Assembly (NCBI GenBank): GCA_965652295.1
Contig: CBFGTS010000001.1
Span: forward strand, 448,001 to 512,000
Direction of reading: 5' to 3'
Origin: an uncultured Haloferula sp.
GTDB taxonomy: Bacteria > Verrucomicrobiota > Verrucomicrobiia > Verrucomicrobiales > Akkermansiaceae
DNA: 64,000 bases
The translations under genes and the position numbers were made by a program. The notes under the pieces were generated by a model, which had not been told where the DNA came from, made no database searches, and saw nothing but the letters and a program-made list of their open reading frames with translations. Shown one piece after another: positions 48,116 to 63,810 of this stretch. Within the stretch, counting starts at the first letter, position 1. Every line of letters begins with the position of its first letter.

Positions 48116-48841
48116 TCAGGGCGTGCGGATGGGTTGCACGGTTTCGGCGGTGAAACGAACGGCGGTCTGGTAGCCGGAGCCTTGCCGTGCGGTGCCGAGG
48201 AGGGCACTGCCGCCGTGTTTGAGGTGCCAGAGGTGGGTTCCGAGGAATCCTCCATCCGGGAGATCGGACAGGCGGGGATACGGCGTGTTCTGGACCGGCT
48301 TGCCGTGAAGCTGGCTGAGGAGGGTGATGAGTTCCTGCCAGGTGCTTTTCAGCTTCACGGGATAGGCGTCGTCGCCGCAGGCCTCGGTTTGCAGGATCAC
48401 CTCGCTGAGCTTGTCAGCTGGTCCCCAGGTGAAAAACAGGAGGCAGTGCAGATCGCCGATCTTCTGGCGGGTGCGGAAGCTGCCATTGAGGCCGAGGCGA
48501 CCGAGAAAGGTGGGATCGACCACCGGCTCCACCACGCTGCTTTCCAGAAGCTTGGCCTCGACCTGCTTGCGATCTTCCCCGAAGCGCAGGGTGTCGAACA
48601 CGGCATCGTCCGGTGGTGGTGGCGGAGCGTCCTTCTCCGTCAGCCAAGCGATGTCGTCTTCGTGAAGTTTGGCGCGGGAGAGGGTGAATTCCTTTCCGTC
48701 GGCGCGGCGGATCGTGACGTCCTGAGGCGTATGGGAAAGGTACTCGCCCTCGAAGGAGGCGCTGGCGTCGGCGTTCTTCCACGTCCGGGCTTGGGCGGAA
48801 GAACACAGGGTGGCAAGGAACAAGATCAGGGCGGGTCTCAT
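48116..48841 (-). CDS. Secreted hypothetical protein with SHD1-like N-terminal domain
   Basis: Signal peptide, then ARTW...FEGE....VTIRR.DGK.FTL...KL.EDD..W. Confidence 0.7.
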   Translation of the reverse strand: MRPALILFLATLCSSAQARTWKNADASASFEGEYLSHTPQDVTIRRADGKEFTLSRAKLHEDDIAWLTEKDAPPPPPDDAVFDTLRFGEDRKQVEAKLLESSVVEPVVDPTFLGRLGLNGSFRTRQKIGDLHCLLFFTWGPADKLSEVILQTEACGDDAYPVKLKSTWQELITLLSQLHGKPVQNTPYPRLSDLPDGGFLGTHLWHLKHGGSALLGTARQGSGYQTAVRFTAETVQPIRTP

Positions 48842-48935
48842 CGTGGGATCCGTCGGTTAGGCACAAGAGGGAAACGGCGCGGTCGAAGGGGATTGTCTGT
48901 CCGGAAGTGTGAAACCGCAACTTGCTGCGGGACGC

Positions 48936-48969
48936 AAAAAACCCGGCAGTGGGAGCACTGCCGGGTTTT
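48936..48969 (-). terminator. Rho-independent terminator
   Basis: AAAACCCGGCAGTG-GGAG-CACTGCCGGGTTTT with a T6 tail on the minus strand, downstream of 48993..49424. Confidence 0.85.
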
Positions 48970-48992
48970 GGAAAGAGTGGCTGGACGCCGCT

Positions 48993-49424
48993 TCAGAACT
49001 TCTGGGTGCGGCTGTGGCGGTAGTAGACCTCGAAGCCAAGATCCGGCGGGAATTCGGAGAGGCCGTCGTGGACGTTCATCTCCATCCGGTTGTCGGTGCC
49101 GCAGCGCTCGTAAGGAGGCTTGAAGGTGCCGCGGTAGGTCGGGCAGGTGAAGGTGAAGAGTTCGTAGAAGCCGTAGCCAAGGCGGCGGAGGGCACGATGG
49201 CCACCATCAACCGCGCCGTAGGACCAGCCGGCCTTGCGACCGTAGTTGTCGGTCTTGCGGACGATCTGCTCGGGGATCTCCATGAAGCCGTAGAGGATGT
49301 TGCCCAGAGCACGGCCAAGCTTGCGGGTCGAGGTGTAGGTCGAGCCGGGAGGAGCCTGGATATCGGCGGACGCCATGCCGGTCAGGGCAAGCGCGACGGA
49401 TGCAAGTACAAGGAGTTTTTTCAT
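48993..49424 (-). CDS. Exosortase system-associated protein (TIGR04073-like)
   Basis: Signal peptide; RKLGRALGNILYGF.EIP...G...G...R...G.YELFTF pattern. Confidence 0.7.
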   Translation of the reverse strand: MKKLLVLASVALALTGMASADIQAPPGSTYTSTRKLGRALGNILYGFMEIPEQIVRKTDNYGRKAGWSYGAVDGGHRALRRLGYGFYELFTFTCPTYRGTFKPPYERCGTDNRMEMNVHDGLSEFPPDLGFEVYYRHSRTQKF

Positions 49425-49477
49425 CTGCTGGAGAAAGTTTTGGACGGCACGCGGGGGGTTGGCAACGGGAAAGTTCG

Positions 49478-55276
<5,799 letters not shown>

Positions 55277-55463
55277 GGGAGGCCGGGCGACATCCGTTTG
55301 GCGACGCGCGGCGATCCTGCCCGACGCCCCCACCGACTGGCAATCCCGCAGAATCGGGTTGCGCAGGAACCTCCGGCCGATGTCATGCGAAGGATCGATT
55401 CTGGACGCGGCGTGGTTCGTATGAATGTTCGGAAGGTCCCCGTATCCTCCTTTTCCATCGCTC

Positions 55464-58400
55464 ATGACACGTCTGCTTGTATCGATTTTCGCTGTGACCA
55501 TCTCCGCCTCAGCCCAGCTGGGGGTGACGGAGATCAATTCCGATGGCACTCCGACGGACTTCTGGGAACTCACCAACTTCGGAGGCACGACGGTGGACCT
55601 GTCGGGCTACAAATGGGATGACGAATCGGCCAACCCCAACGATGCCGCCGCGGTGACGATCCCGAGCGGCACGCTCATCGAGGCCGGCGAATCGATCCTC
55701 TTCTCCGTTTCCTCCTCACCCGCCGTGTTCCGGGCGGCATGGAATCTTCCCGAGACGGTGCAGGTCATCAGTGGTGGTCCGGGCCTGGGGCAGGGCGACC
55801 GGGTTTACTTGTTCAATGCCTCGAACGTCCAGGTCACGAATCTCAACTATGCCGCCGGTGGATTCACCCGGAACACGGGCGCGACTTCCCTTGGCGGGCA
55901 TGCCGGCCTTTCCGCTGGCGGCAGCTCCGGCGCGCAGTCGCTGATCATCGATCCCAACTTCAGCGCGTCCTCCCCGCGTTATACTTTTGCCACGGGCGGA
56001 AACTTCGATAGCTATGCTGCCAACTCCCCCAATACGAGCATCGGCTCCCCGGGTGCGATCGGCGAGGCAGGCACCAATTCCGCTCCCGCCTTCGCCCTGC
56101 CCACCAGCACCTATTGGACCGCCGGCACCGCGCTCACGAACTCCGCCTTCCGTGTCAGCGCGACCGATACCGATGCCGGGCAATCGGTCACCCTCTCCGT
56201 CCTCGACAAGCCCGCATGGCTCACGCTCACCGCCGATGGCACCGCGCGCTACCGCCTGACGGGCACACCCCCGTCCGCAGAGGATTACACCTTCACGGTC
56301 CGCGCGACCGATGACTTCGCGACACCGGCGACCACCGACCAGGTCTTCACCCTCGTCGCCCTGCCTGCCACCTCGCCCATCATCCTCAACGAATACAACA
56401 GCGTTTCTTCCACCGACTATCTCCGCGGAGGCACGGCCAGCGCCGACGCCGATGGCGTTTCCCCCGGACCCACTGATGCCACCTTCGGTCGCGTTCTCGG
56501 AAACGGCGGCCAGTGGGTCGAGTTCGTCGTTGTTGGAAACGGCAGCGCCAACAGCACCACCGACATGCGGGGCTGGACGATCCGGATCCAATCGACCTCC
56601 GGCTCCGCCACCCTCGTGCTCAGCCAGAACCCGTATTGGTCGAACGTCCGTGCCGGAACCATCCTCACCTTCATTCAAAACGACAGCGCCAACGGCGGGC
56701 TCGATACCTCCATCCACCGCACCAGCGCGCTGCACACCGCGGGCGGCGGCTACCTCTGGTCGAATATCTTCGTGGGCGATCCTGTTTACATCTCGCAGAC
56801 CTCGTCCGACCTCGGCGGTGACCTTGGCATCGGCTCCGATGACACCACCTTCACGGTTTTCGATGCCGGGAACACCCGCATCTACGGCCCCGCCGGTGAA
56901 TCGATCGCCGCCTACGACAGCGACTCGAACGGCTCGCTCGATGCTACCTACGGCGTCAGTAGTACGGAAATCCTCCGCGTGGAGGAAAACCCCGCGCCCT
57001 CGGTCAATCCGATCTCCGGTGCCCACAACGACGCCTCCACCTTCTCCACCTTCGGTGCCCGCAACCGATGGGGCGCGGGCGGCGTGAACAGCCAGTCGTT
57101 CGCCGCCTTCGCCACCAGCAACTCGCCGCCGCGCTTCACCTCCACACCGGAGAACACCCAGGTGACGGATTCTTTCAGCTACCCGATCACCACGGCCGAT
57201 CCGAACGGCCACTCGGTCACGGTGGGTGCCGCCGCGCTGCCGTCGTTCCTGACCCTCACGCCGGGCGCTTCCGGCACGGCCACGCTTGCGACCCACCGTG
57301 ACCTGACGCTGGCCGACGCGGGACAGTATCTCATCGAGCTCACCGCCGACGATGGCCAGCCGGTCGCCAACACCACACCGCAGGCGTTCTATCTGAACGT
57401 TTTCCACACCGCGCCTTCGCTCATCCTGAATGAATACAACGCCGTCGGTGCCAGTGAATTCCTGAATGGAGGCGACGCGATCACCGATGACGACGGAGTT
57501 CCTCTTTCGGAGGATGGCTGGTTCGGTCGCGTGATCGGAAACGGCGGCCCGTGGTTCGAACTCGTCGTCACCGGCGACGGCGGTGCCGGGACGGTGGACC
57601 TGCGGGGATGGACGATCGAGATCGGAACCTCCTGGAGCGGCGAGTTCGTCGCTTCCAATACCCTGGTTCTTTCCGCGGACGACGCTTGGTCGGCGGTGCC
57701 AACCGGCACCCTGCTGACCTTCAGCGGATGGAACAGCGCGAATGGCGGCCTCGACACCGGTCTCTCGCTTCGCGACCGGAGCGCCACGCTCGGGGACCGC
57801 TGGACGAACGTCTGGATCGGTGATGCCGCGTTGCTCGTGCAGACCAGCCCGGAAGTGAACGGCTACACCATCAACGGCGGCGTGGTGGAGAATCTCGGCA
57901 TCAACCAGGACAACACCCAGTTCGTCCTGAAGAATCCGCTCGGCCAGCGGGTCTTTGGTCCGGCGGGCGAGGGAATCGCGCCGCTCTCCGGTGTTTCCTC
58001 GACGGAGATCCTCCAGCTGGACGCGAATCCGACCGCCGGGCTTCTTCCTCTTCTCGTGGATGAGAATTCCCCCTACACTGCGACCGCTGCCGCCTCGACC
58101 TTTGGACTGCCGAATGGTGCGCAGGATTTCTCTCCCTATGTCGTGGAACCCACACCGTACGAACTCTGGGCGGAGTCCTTCGAGCTTGAAGGCGACAGTG
58201 CTCTTGCCTCAGCCGATCCTGATGGCGATGACCGCGACAACTTCACGGAGTATGCCTTTGGCGGCGATCCGTCGCAAGCTGATGCCGGTCCCGCCCCGAC
58301 GATGGTTGTGGGAGATGGCACTGCGGAGTGGAAATTCGTTCTGCGCGATGACGATTCGATCCAGCTCGCCCTCCAGCGCTCCACAACCTTGGAGAGCTGG

Positions 58401-58535
58401 TCTCCCCTCGAAGCCGCAACCACCGTCGAGGCCCATCCGAGTCTGGCGGGCTATCAGTGGATGACCGTGACGATCACACCCGCACCGGAAAATGGTCGCG
58501 AGTTCTTCCGCGCGGTGGCGACACCGGGAGGGTGA
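55464..58535 (+). CDS. Secreted lamin-tail-domain / Ig-like repeat protein
   Basis: Signal peptide; VTEIN...DFWELTN.G..TVDLSGY (LTD), two further ILNEYN...E...DLRGW repeats, cadherin/Ig-like NS.P.F units, C-terminal DPDGD...EYAFG. Confidence 0.8.
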   Translation: MTRLLVSIFAVTISASAQLGVTEINSDGTPTDFWELTNFGGTTVDLSGYKWDDESANPNDAAAVTIPSGTLIEAGESILFSVSSSPAVFRAAWNLPETVQVISGGPGLGQGDRVYLFNASNVQVTNLNYAAGGFTRNTGATSLGGHAGLSAGGSSGAQSLIIDPNFSASSPRYTFATGGNFDSYAANSPNTSIGSPGAIGEAGTNSAPAFALPTSTYWTAGTALTNSAFRVSATDTDAGQSVTLSVLDKPAWLTLTADGTARYRLTGTPPSAEDYTFTVRATDDFATPATTDQVFTLVALPATSPIILNEYNSVSSTDYLRGGTASADADGVSPGPTDATFGRVLGNGGQWVEFVVVGNGSANSTTDMRGWTIRIQSTSGSATLVLSQNPYWSNVRAGTILTFIQNDSANGGLDTSIHRTSALHTAGGGYLWSNIFVGDPVYISQTSSDLGGDLGIGSDDTTFTVFDAGNTRIYGPAGESIAAYDSDSNGSLDATYGVSSTEILRVEENPAPSVNPISGAHNDASTFSTFGARNRWGAGGVNSQSFAAFATSNSPPRFTSTPENTQVTDSFSYPITTADPNGHSVTVGAAALPSFLTLTPGASGTATLATHRDLTLADAGQYLIELTADDGQPVANTTPQAFYLNVFHTAPSLILNEYNAVGASEFLNGGDAITDDDGVPLSEDGWFGRVIGNGGPWFELVVTGDGGAGTVDLRGWTIEIGTSWSGEFVASNTLVLSADDAWSAVPTGTLLTFSGWNSANGGLDTGLSLRDRSATLGDRWTNVWIGDAALLVQTSPEVNGYTINGGVVENLGINQDNTQFVLKNPLGQRVFGPAGEGIAPLSGVSSTEILQLDANPTAGLLPLLVDENSPYTATAAASTFGLPNGAQDFSPYVVEPTPYELWAESFELEGDSALASADPDGDDRDNFTEYAFGGDPSQADAGPAPTMVVGDGTAEWKFVLRDDDSIQLALQRSTTLESWSPLEAATTVEAHPSLAGYQWMTVTITPAPENGREFFRAVATPGG

Positions 58536-58578
58536 GGGGAGCGTTGGGGATGAATTGATCCCTAGCTTTCGGGCTACA

Positions 58579-59058
58579 CTAGCCGAGGCCGTTGAGCACC
58601 AGAATGCCTCCGTTCAGATACGCGGCGTAGCCGACCCAGAAAAGGTAGGGCAGCATCAGGTAGGAGGCTCTCTTTTCCAGCGGGTGAAAGGCCAGCACGG
58701 TGATGAAGACAGCGATGAGGAGCGCGGCGACGATGGCCAGCCCGACGGCAATCTGCCTCTGACCGAAGAACACGGGCGTCCAGCAGAGGTTGATGAGAAG
58801 TTGAACGAAGAACATCGCAAGCGCCCGCCATTTCGCCCCGCTGCGCGGCGCATGATGCCAGATCAGGGCCAAGGCCGCGCCCATGCAGCCGTAGAGGATC
58901 GTCCAAACCACGCCGAACACCCAGCCCGGTGGCGTGCCGGGCGGATGCATCAGCCGGTCATACCATCCGTCCATGGAGGAAACGGTCGAGAATCCGCTCA
59001 GGATTCCCAATATCTCGCAAACCACCACACAGAGGATGACTTTCGCCTTCAGTCCCAT
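58579..59058 (-). CDS. tspO: Tryptophan-rich sensory protein TspO/MBR
   Basis: WY..L..P..TPPGWVFG.VWT.LY..MG, QL.IN..WTPVFFG, PYL.WV.YA.YLN. Confidence 0.9.
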   Translation of the reverse strand: MGLKAKVILCVVVCEILGILSGFSTVSSMDGWYDRLMHPPGTPPGWVFGVVWTILYGCMGAALALIWHHAPRSGAKWRALAMFFVQLLINLCWTPVFFGQRQIAVGLAIVAALLIAVFITVLAFHPLEKRASYLMLPYLFWVGYAAYLNGGILVLNGLG

Positions 59059-59112
59059 GGTGGAAACCATCGCCGCGATTGAGCCATCCGTCCAGCCAGC
59101 CTCTTTGGTCTT

Positions 59113-59283
59113 TTGACCAACGCCCGCATTATCCGCGGGCAGCCGTGGGTGCCGAACGTCCTCGACCCCGAGGCCGCCACTTTCCCTCCGATGGAGGAAA
59201 TTTCCATCGTCTATCAAGAGATCACCGTCACCGACGAGATCGCCAACACCACGGTGACGATCAGTGTCGGGCCCGAGTCCTGA
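59113..59283 (+). pseudogene. Fragment resembling the C-terminal third of an Hcp/TssD tube protein
   Basis: Not in the ORF track. Reads LTNARIIRGQPWVPNVLDPEAATFPPMEEISIVYQEITVTDEIANTT; in-frame stop at 59080 upstream. Confidence 0.5.
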
Positions 59284-60208
59284 GGCCGGGTAGGTCCTCG
59301 GGAGCGATCTCCGGTTCCGGCAGGCCGAGGCGACGGGCGAGGGCCATGGCGTCGAAGGGGGCGTGGACCTTGATGTCGTTGTCGAAGTAAACGAAGACAT
59401 CGCGTCCGGCCCGGCGCGGGGCAAGCCGACTGGCGATGGTCTTCGATTTCCGCGGGGTGGAGCCGCGGTTCCAGGTGCGGATCTTCGCCGCCCAGTCGTC
59501 GAGCGCGTCGGCGGTGTAGCCGCTGGTGTAAAGTTCCTCGTCGCCGTGCAGCCGGAGGTAGAGGAAATCCGCCGTGATGTCCTCGAGGAACGGCCACTTT
59601 CCTGCGGTGTCGGCGATCACCAGAGCGACCTTGTGGGAACGTAGTAGCTCGATGAAGTCCTCGTTCACAAAGGACTCGTGGCGGACTTCCAAGGCGTGGC
59701 GCAGCGGCCCGTCGGCTTCCGGAGTCAGCACGCTGCGGCCGGTGACGTGGTCATCATGCCGGTGGGCGAGCTTCGACGCGGCGGCGGTGTCGTGCGGCAG
59801 GAGGTCGAGGAAGTTTTCGAGGACCTCGGGCTCGTAACGCAGGGACGGCGGGAGCTGCCAGAGAATGGGGCCGAGCTTCGATCCCAGCGCCAGCACGCCT
59901 GAGGCGAAGAAGTTCGCCATGGGGGTGGCGACCTCCTTGAGGCGTCTGATGTGGGTGATGAAACGCGGGGCTTTGACGGCGAAGGTGAAATCCCCAGGGG
60001 TTTCCTCGCGCCACTTGCGGTAGCTCTCCGGTCGTTGGAGTGAGTAAAAGGTGCCGTTGATTTCGATCGAGTTGACCTGTCTTGAAGCGAACGCGAGTTC
60101 GTCCTTCTGCCGCAGGTCTTCGGGATAAAACACGCCGCGCCAGGGCGGGTAGGTCCAGCCGGAGATTCCGATCCGGCAACGACGGGCGGTGGAGGTCCGG
60201 CGGCTCAT
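59261..60208 (-). CDS. DUF72 domain protein
   Basis: IGISGW.Y..WRGVFYP, EINGTFY, KAPRFITH, LGPILWQLPP, EVRH.SF, YLRLHG, YFDND. Confidence 0.92.
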   Translation of the reverse strand: MSRRTSTARRCRIGISGWTYPPWRGVFYPEDLRQKDELAFASRQVNSIEINGTFYSLQRPESYRKWREETPGDFTFAVKAPRFITHIRRLKEVATPMANFFASGVLALGSKLGPILWQLPPSLRYEPEVLENFLDLLPHDTAAASKLAHRHDDHVTGRSVLTPEADGPLRHALEVRHESFVNEDFIELLRSHKVALVIADTAGKWPFLEDITADFLYLRLHGDEELYTSGYTADALDDWAAKIRTWNRGSTPRKSKTIASRLAPRRAGRDVFVYFDNDIKVHAPFDAMALARRLGLPEPEIAPEDLPGLRTRARH

Positions 60209-60209
60209 C

Positions 60210-60719
60210 TCATTCTTCCTGCCAGGATTCCGTGAGCGGGCCGTGGGTTCCGTGGATCGGATCCTTTTCCGGCAGCGGCACGCGGGCGATGCGTTCGCGT
60301 GCGGCCTCGATGTCGCCCTCGCCGGCGCGGATCAGATCGGGCGAACCACCCTGCGGGTAAGCGCCGACGACCCGGAAGTCCGGACTCGCCTCCAGACATT
60401 TGTGGCCGGTGCCGGCGGGCAGGACGATCACGTCGCCGCATGCGACATCGAAGCGTTCGCCCCTTTCCCCACCCAGCATCAGCGTGGCGGTGCCGGAGGA
60501 GACACCCAGAACCTCGTGGTCGGTGCTGTGATAGTGGTGGAAATCGTAAACGCCCCAGCGCCATGTTCCGGTCCAACCGTTGCCGGTGAAGCGCTCTTCC
60601 AACCAGTCCGCCGGATCGTCTCTCTCCGGGATTTCAGCGTGATAGATGACCAGCGGCAACCGCGGGTGGTTCGGCGTCCGGCCGTCGTCAGGAAAATGGC
60701 GCAGGATGGGCGGGTTCAT
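60210..60719 (-). CDS. Cupin domain protein
   Basis: PNHPRLP, YDFHHYHST.HEVLG, GDVIVLPAGTGH, VVGAYP, DP..G..GPL. Confidence 0.85.
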   Translation of the reverse strand: MNPPILRHFPDDGRTPNHPRLPLVIYHAEIPERDDPADWLEERFTGNGWTGTWRWGVYDFHHYHSTDHEVLGVSSGTATLMLGGERGERFDVACGDVIVLPAGTGHKCLEASPDFRVVGAYPQGGSPDLIRAGEGDIEAARERIARVPLPEKDPIHGTHGPLTESWQEE

Positions 60720-60770
60720 GCGCCTTCACCCTCGCACCAGGCGGCGTGCGACTCAAGGGGGCCCGATGGG

Positions 60771-61421
60771 CTACTTTTTCTCCGAGCCGTAGGGTTTGAT
60801 CTCGACCGGTTTGGCCTCTTTGGCCGGCGCGGGTTTGGTGGCGACCGGCTCGGGCTCATCGGTATCGCCGGCACCGCCCTCGAGCGCGGGCTTTTCCTCG
60901 CGGAGGCGGACGGCTTGGTAGAGCAGGTTGTAGTTGTGCTGGACGGCGGAGGGAAAGGCCACGCGGCCGGCCTCGACGATCTTCTCCCGCAGCAGCTTCG
61001 AGGAAAGGTCGGCCACCAGGTCGGTGCCGACCTTCACCGCGCCACCCACGCCGCTGACCTCCGCGCCGGCGCTGGCCGTGCTGCGGATCAGGTCACTGGA
61101 AATCGTGCGCCCCTGCACGGCGAGGGTCGAGCGGGCGTTGGCCACGGTGCCGTCCTGGTGGAAGGAGATTTCGAGCACCGCGTGATCGTCGCTGGCGAGC
61201 CAGCCGCGGCGGTGGTCGATGCGCACGGAGACGAAGATGCCGCCGTCGGGCGTGGGGGTGATCTCCGGCTTGTAGGTCCGGTAGTTCGCGCCGGAAAGAG
61301 AGTAGGAGGCGGTGTTTTCCTGCCAGCCGCCGAGGCTTTCGCCGAAGGCGCCGATGTCGATATCGACGTCCGCCCGCGCGAAGGCGGCGAGGGCAAGGAG
61401 GGAAAGAATGATGGCTTTCAT
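60771..61421 (-). CDS. Secreted hypothetical protein
   Basis: Signal peptide MKAIILSLLALAAFARA; strong GC3 bias. Confidence 0.7.
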   Translation of the reverse strand: MKAIILSLLALAAFARADVDIDIGAFGESLGGWQENTASYSLSGANYRTYKPEITPTPDGGIFVSVRIDHRRGWLASDDHAVLEISFHQDGTVANARSTLAVQGRTISSDLIRSTASAGAEVSGVGGAVKVGTDLVADLSSKLLREKIVEAGRVAFPSAVQHNYNLLYQAVRLREEKPALEGGAGDTDEPEPVATKPAPAKEAKPVEIKPYGSEKK

Positions 61422-61541
61422 GAGAGGAAGAGGAGCTGGATTGCCGCCGATGATACGGATTTTCGAGGAAATGTATTCAGCGGATTTCCCGGAACCGGGT
61501 GACGGGTTGCCACCGGGGTTTCGCCCCGTTAGCGTCGCCGG

Positions 61542-62402
61542 GTGACCCGTCCTGTGGATCTATTGATCGAGTTTCTCAAGTCCGAGGAAGCCCGCGGCGT
61601 GACCAGCGTCTATCTCGACGAACCGGCTCGTGAAGCGCTGCGGGACCTCCATCGCCAGAAAAAGCAGGGTGCCCGGGCCTCGGCAACGACTGCCGGACCG
61701 GGCGAGACAGCCGAGGAAACGCCTTCCGTGGAGGAAAAGCCCGCACTGGCGTCCGTGGTCGTGGCCCCCGCGTCGGGCACGGCGGCGGAGCGGATCGCGG
61801 CCCTCAAGGCGCAGGCCGCTGGCTGGCCCGCAGCCCGTGAACTCGGAACCTTGCGCGAGACGATGGTGTTTTCCGTCGGAAACCCCGAGGCCGATCTGAT
61901 GCTCGTCGGCGAGGCCCCCGGTTATCAGGAGGAGCGCGAGCAGGAGCCCTTCGTCGGCCCCGCCGGCCAGAAGCTCCACGACATCCTCAAGGCCATGGGG
62001 CTGTCCCGCGAGGCCGTTTACATCTCCAACATCGTCAAGTTCCGCCCCGCGATGGAGCGGCAGACGACCAACAACCGCAAGCCGACGCCCGAGGAAATGG
62101 CCGCCTGCCTGCCCTTCGTCCGTGAGGAGGTGCGGATCGTGCGGCCGAAATGCATCGTCGCTCTCGGTGCCTCCGCCGCCGAGGGGCTGCTCGGGCTCAC
62201 CGGTGCCGTTGCCAGGATGCGCGAGCAGTGGCACGGGTTCGACGGCATCCCGGTGCGGGTCACCTACCACCCCGCCTACCTCCTCCACGGCACTGCCGCC
62301 CTGCAGGACAAACGCAAGATCTGGGAGGACATGCTGGCCGTGATGGAGCAGCTCGCCCTCCCGATCAGCGACAAGCAGCGCGGGTTTTTCCTGGCGAAGT
62401 AG
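61542..62402 (+). CDS. Uracil-DNA glycosylase (family 4-like)
   Basis: VGEAPG..E....PFVGPAG, YISNIVKFRP, NRKP, ALGA.A, TYHPAYLL. Confidence 0.9.
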   Translation: MTRPVDLLIEFLKSEEARGVTSVYLDEPAREALRDLHRQKKQGARASATTAGPGETAEETPSVEEKPALASVVVAPASGTAAERIAALKAQAAGWPAARELGTLRETMVFSVGNPEADLMLVGEAPGYQEEREQEPFVGPAGQKLHDILKAMGLSREAVYISNIVKFRPAMERQTTNNRKPTPEEMAACLPFVREEVRIVRPKCIVALGASAAEGLLGLTGAVARMREQWHGFDGIPVRVTYHPAYLLHGTAALQDKRKIWEDMLAVMEQLALPISDKQRGFFLAK

Positions 62403-62414
62403 GGGACGCGGCGG

Positions 62415-63140
62415 TCAATCGCGGCTGGTGAAAGCCATCAGGATCCGCAGGATGTACCAGAAAAGCAGCGCGATGCTGGCAAAGAGCGACAGCGAAGCCG
62501 CCACGTGCTGGCCCGGTGCGTAGCGGTGGATGATGTTGCTGGTATCGTAGAGCACCGCGCCGCCCGCGAAGATCACCATCGCGGCCGAGAACCAGATGCC
62601 GAGCGAGATCTTCAGGAAAATCGACGCGACGATCAGGCCGAGGGCGATGAATCCGCCGATTTTCAGGATGCCGCCGAGGAAACTGAAATCCTTCTTGGTG
62701 GTGAAAGCGATGGTGGTCAGCCCCAGCACCAGCGCGCCGGTCAGCACCGCTGCTTGACCCAGGATCGCCGGGCTGCCCGTCATCAGGATCGCCATCGTCA
62801 TGATCGGCAGGAAAATGAGTGCCTCCGCCACCACGTAGAGAGCCAGGCCGAGGTACTGCATGGCCGGGCTGGCACCGCTGTAGGCCAGCCGGCTGGCAAG
62901 CCAGCCTACGATCATGAACCCGCCGAGCACCGCCAGCCATCCGAAGCGGCTGCCGCTCACGAGTTGCAGCGCCATCACGCCGAGACCGCTTTCCAGCATG
63001 AACGCCTCCAGCAGCGCAAAGCCCGCCAGCGCCATGGCCAGGTGCCAATAGGTCTTGCGGATGAATTCGGTGCGGGTTTCCACCGGTTGCTCGGCAACGG
63101 TGCCGACCTGATACGGGTTGAGGCTGTTCATCGCGTCCAT
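62415..63140 (-). CDS. Bax inhibitor-1 / YccA family membrane protein
   Basis: R.EFIRKTY.HL, TKKDFSFL, VLYDTSNI, ASLSLFASIALLFWYILRI. Confidence 0.88.
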   Translation of the reverse strand: MDAMNSLNPYQVGTVAEQPVETRTEFIRKTYWHLAMALAGFALLEAFMLESGLGVMALQLVSGSRFGWLAVLGGFMIVGWLASRLAYSGASPAMQYLGLALYVVAEALIFLPIMTMAILMTGSPAILGQAAVLTGALVLGLTTIAFTTKKDFSFLGGILKIGGFIALGLIVASIFLKISLGIWFSAAMVIFAGGAVLYDTSNIIHRYAPGQHVAASLSLFASIALLFWYILRILMAFTSRD

Positions 63141-63391
63141 CCATGCGCCGGTTTCGCCACGCTGGCAAGCCCACGGGGCAGGTGACCGCGAGCAACGTCC
63201 TCCGGTCCGCCGTCTGCTTTGCCGTTGCCGGAGCACCTCAATGGTGATCGTCCGGGTCTGTGGTGCCAAGATCATCAGCTGCGAGCCTCAAGTGCCGCGA
63301 GGCATATTGCTCCCCGCCACACCTAATTTTCCCTCGTCCGGAATGACCAGAACTGCGAGGCTCTCGTTGACCGATTAAGCCCGCGGATCCA

Positions 63392-63646
63392 ATGGACGAA
63401 ATTGAGAGAATCCTCGACGCCGCGAGTGGAAGCAGACTTCACGTTTCAGAAGAACTGGCCATGCGGTGAATTCTGGTCAAGCGCGCTCAGGCCAAAGTTC
63501 GCCTGAAGCGCACGATGAATGGCGACACTTTGGATATCTAATTGCTGGAAGTGGCGGACATGTCGCTCGATGAGCGGATCCTGGAGGTGGATGAAGCACT
63601 CTCGACTCTGGAAACTGAAAACCCTGACTGCGTGCGCACCGTGATC
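63392..63646 (+). pseudogene. Degraded ECF-type sigma factor (TIGR02999-like)
   Basis: MDEIERILDAASG...SEEL/AMR*ILVKRAQAK.RLKR...*...DERILEVDEALSTLE.E.P; stops at 63467 and 63539 and an apparent internal deletion. Confidence 0.7.
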
Positions 63647-63810
63647 GCCGCGGAGCGTGTAGGTGACGCTGTTGAGGTTTCCGGTGTGGGTGGCGGTGAC
63701 GATGCCGTCGATTTCCGAAAGCGGCTCCAGTCCGAGCGCGGTTTCGAGGCGCTTGGAATCGGCGGCGTTGCGACCGTGAAAGGTGAGCAGGAATCAGTCG
63801 AAGCGCTCGA

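Noticed and set aside
55277..55588. N-terminal extensions in the ORF track (NRPS to 55588; also 8080, 16718, 17937, 18127, 21594, 22850, 23520, 59424)
   Set aside because: They overlap neighbouring genes or non-coding elements and precede clear signal peptides or family N-termini, so downstream starts were used.
63467..63469. In-frame TGA as selenocysteine or recoding site in the ECF sigma remnant
   Set aside because: It sits where an Arg codon (CGA) is expected, a TAA follows, and the gene is internally deleted; this is simple decay.
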